The notes under the pieces are model-generated. The model saw nothing but the letters and a program-made list of their open reading frames with translations. It made no database searches and was not told the DNA's origin. A program made the position numbers and the translations under genes. Shown one piece after another: positions 63,501 through 64,000 of a DNA stretch of 64,000 bases (the first letter of the stretch is position 1; each line of letters opens with the position of its first letter). Source of the stretch: Paragordius varius (lineage: Eukaryota; Animalia; Nematomorpha); assembly GCA_964247055.1 (NCBI GenBank), contig OZ176058.1:1116001-1180000 (forward strand), read 5' to 3'.

Positions 63501-63648
63501 AGGCTAAATTAAGGTTTGAAAAAGTATGGTTATCTTTTTATAAAAATTTCTTTTAGTTTTTTTTTGAATTTTCTATTATAATTTCAATTTTTACAGTAAA
63601 TATTTAATTTAATAGGATATGATAGTTATGGAGGATATGGTGGAAGGG
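56923..63648 (+). CDS. Micro-exon Gly/Pro/Gln-rich secreted protein, copy 2 (partial; 3' exons beyond the window)
   Basis: Exons: 56923-57028, 58944-58985, 59786-59824, 60365-60400, 62164-62211, 62441-62455, 63207-63239, 63616-63648, all internal ones phase 1-1. Product from the second ATG (56968): MTCLISLMIALLIFPVGVNS-YGSHGGRGGYGGGG-GGGGGVGGQPGQP-GRRGQPGRPGQP-GGGRKIGGQPGRPGQP-GGNVY-GIHGQPGKPEP-GYDSYGGYGGR-... Confidence 0.85.
59517..59684. mobile_element. Short TIR element (TA-CCGTTTGCACTTCAAG ... CTTGAAGTGCAAATG)
   Basis: Inverted termini with internal CTTGAAC repeats. A related right end lies at about 39900-39964. Confidence 0.6.
60514..60563. repeat. (TA)25 microsatellite
   Basis: Direct reading. 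Shorter runs occur at about 9200, 23246, 36362 and 41641. Confidence 0.95.
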
Positions 63649-64000
63649 GTAATTTTATACCTACCTATTTTATTTCAATAATTTTTCAAGAATTCTATTC
63701 GGTTGGAAAATTTTAACACACAACAGTAGGGGTCGGCAACCTAAATATAATTTTAAAAAAAATTTATCGTGATTAAAATTTTTTTCAATACAAAACAACC
63801 ATTTACCTTTTGTTTTTGAACAGCTCAGGAATTTCTCTTGATTCAATAGTGTTTTTATATGGCTCGCTTATAGTCATGAAGAAAATGATATCTCTCATAT
63901 TTTTCGTTTTTTTTTGATTAAAAAAGAGTGCAAAAATTAATCTTCTCATTATTATTATGTAAAGCATGTAATGTTAAGAATATTTTTATATTTTATTCAT

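Larger units (their letters stand above)
56221..63596. mobile_element. Cluster of CAGTAAAAATT MITEs around micro-exon gene copy 2
   Basis: Copies at about 56221-56484, 57095-57385, 58656-58931, 61072-61349, 61474-61734, 61855-62129 and 63310-63596. Confidence 0.85.
22800..64000. repeat. Tandem segmental duplication: [membrane gene - mariner - micro-exon gene] x2, plus an extra membrane-gene copy
   Basis: About 22.8-27k aligns to about 44.5-48.6k. 23.9-25.8k plus 28.6-39.5k aligns to 49.35-64k, with differing transposon insertions and exon counts. Boundaries are approximate. Confidence 0.85.

Overview
Very AT-rich (roughly 20-25% GC by eye), intron-containing eukaryotic DNA, most likely from an invertebrate animal. 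The species cannot be determined from the sequence. I see no prokaryotic features, CRISPR, rRNA or tRNA genes. The ORF track misses or mis-splits every real gene, so I assembled them by hand from GT-AG sites and exon phase. (1) The 5' part of an LSM14/RAP55/Scd6-family gene (- strand, runs off the left end), with a duplicated exon 2. (2) A 4-exon gene for a 163-aa secreted protein with one thrombospondin type-1 repeat; its terminal exon is present three times. (3) A 2-exon orphan type-I membrane protein of about 620 aa in three tandem copies, the third truncated just after the TM helix. (4) A secreted Gly/Pro/Gln-rich protein built from 12-48 nt symmetric phase-1 micro-exons, in two copies. 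The first copy has 17 exons, including a 3-exon cassette repeated four times between MITE copies; the second has the cassette once plus two extra Gly-rich exons. Genes 3 and 4 lie head-to-head in a duplicated block that also carries a decayed Mos1-like mariner. The remainder is dense, nested transposon debris: internally deleted Ty3/gypsy, hAT, and Tc1/mariner-, piggyBac- and PIF-like MITEs. The most notable signal is the modular micro-exon gene, whose repeat number appears to change by recombination between MITEs. All gene models are inferred without transcript evidence.
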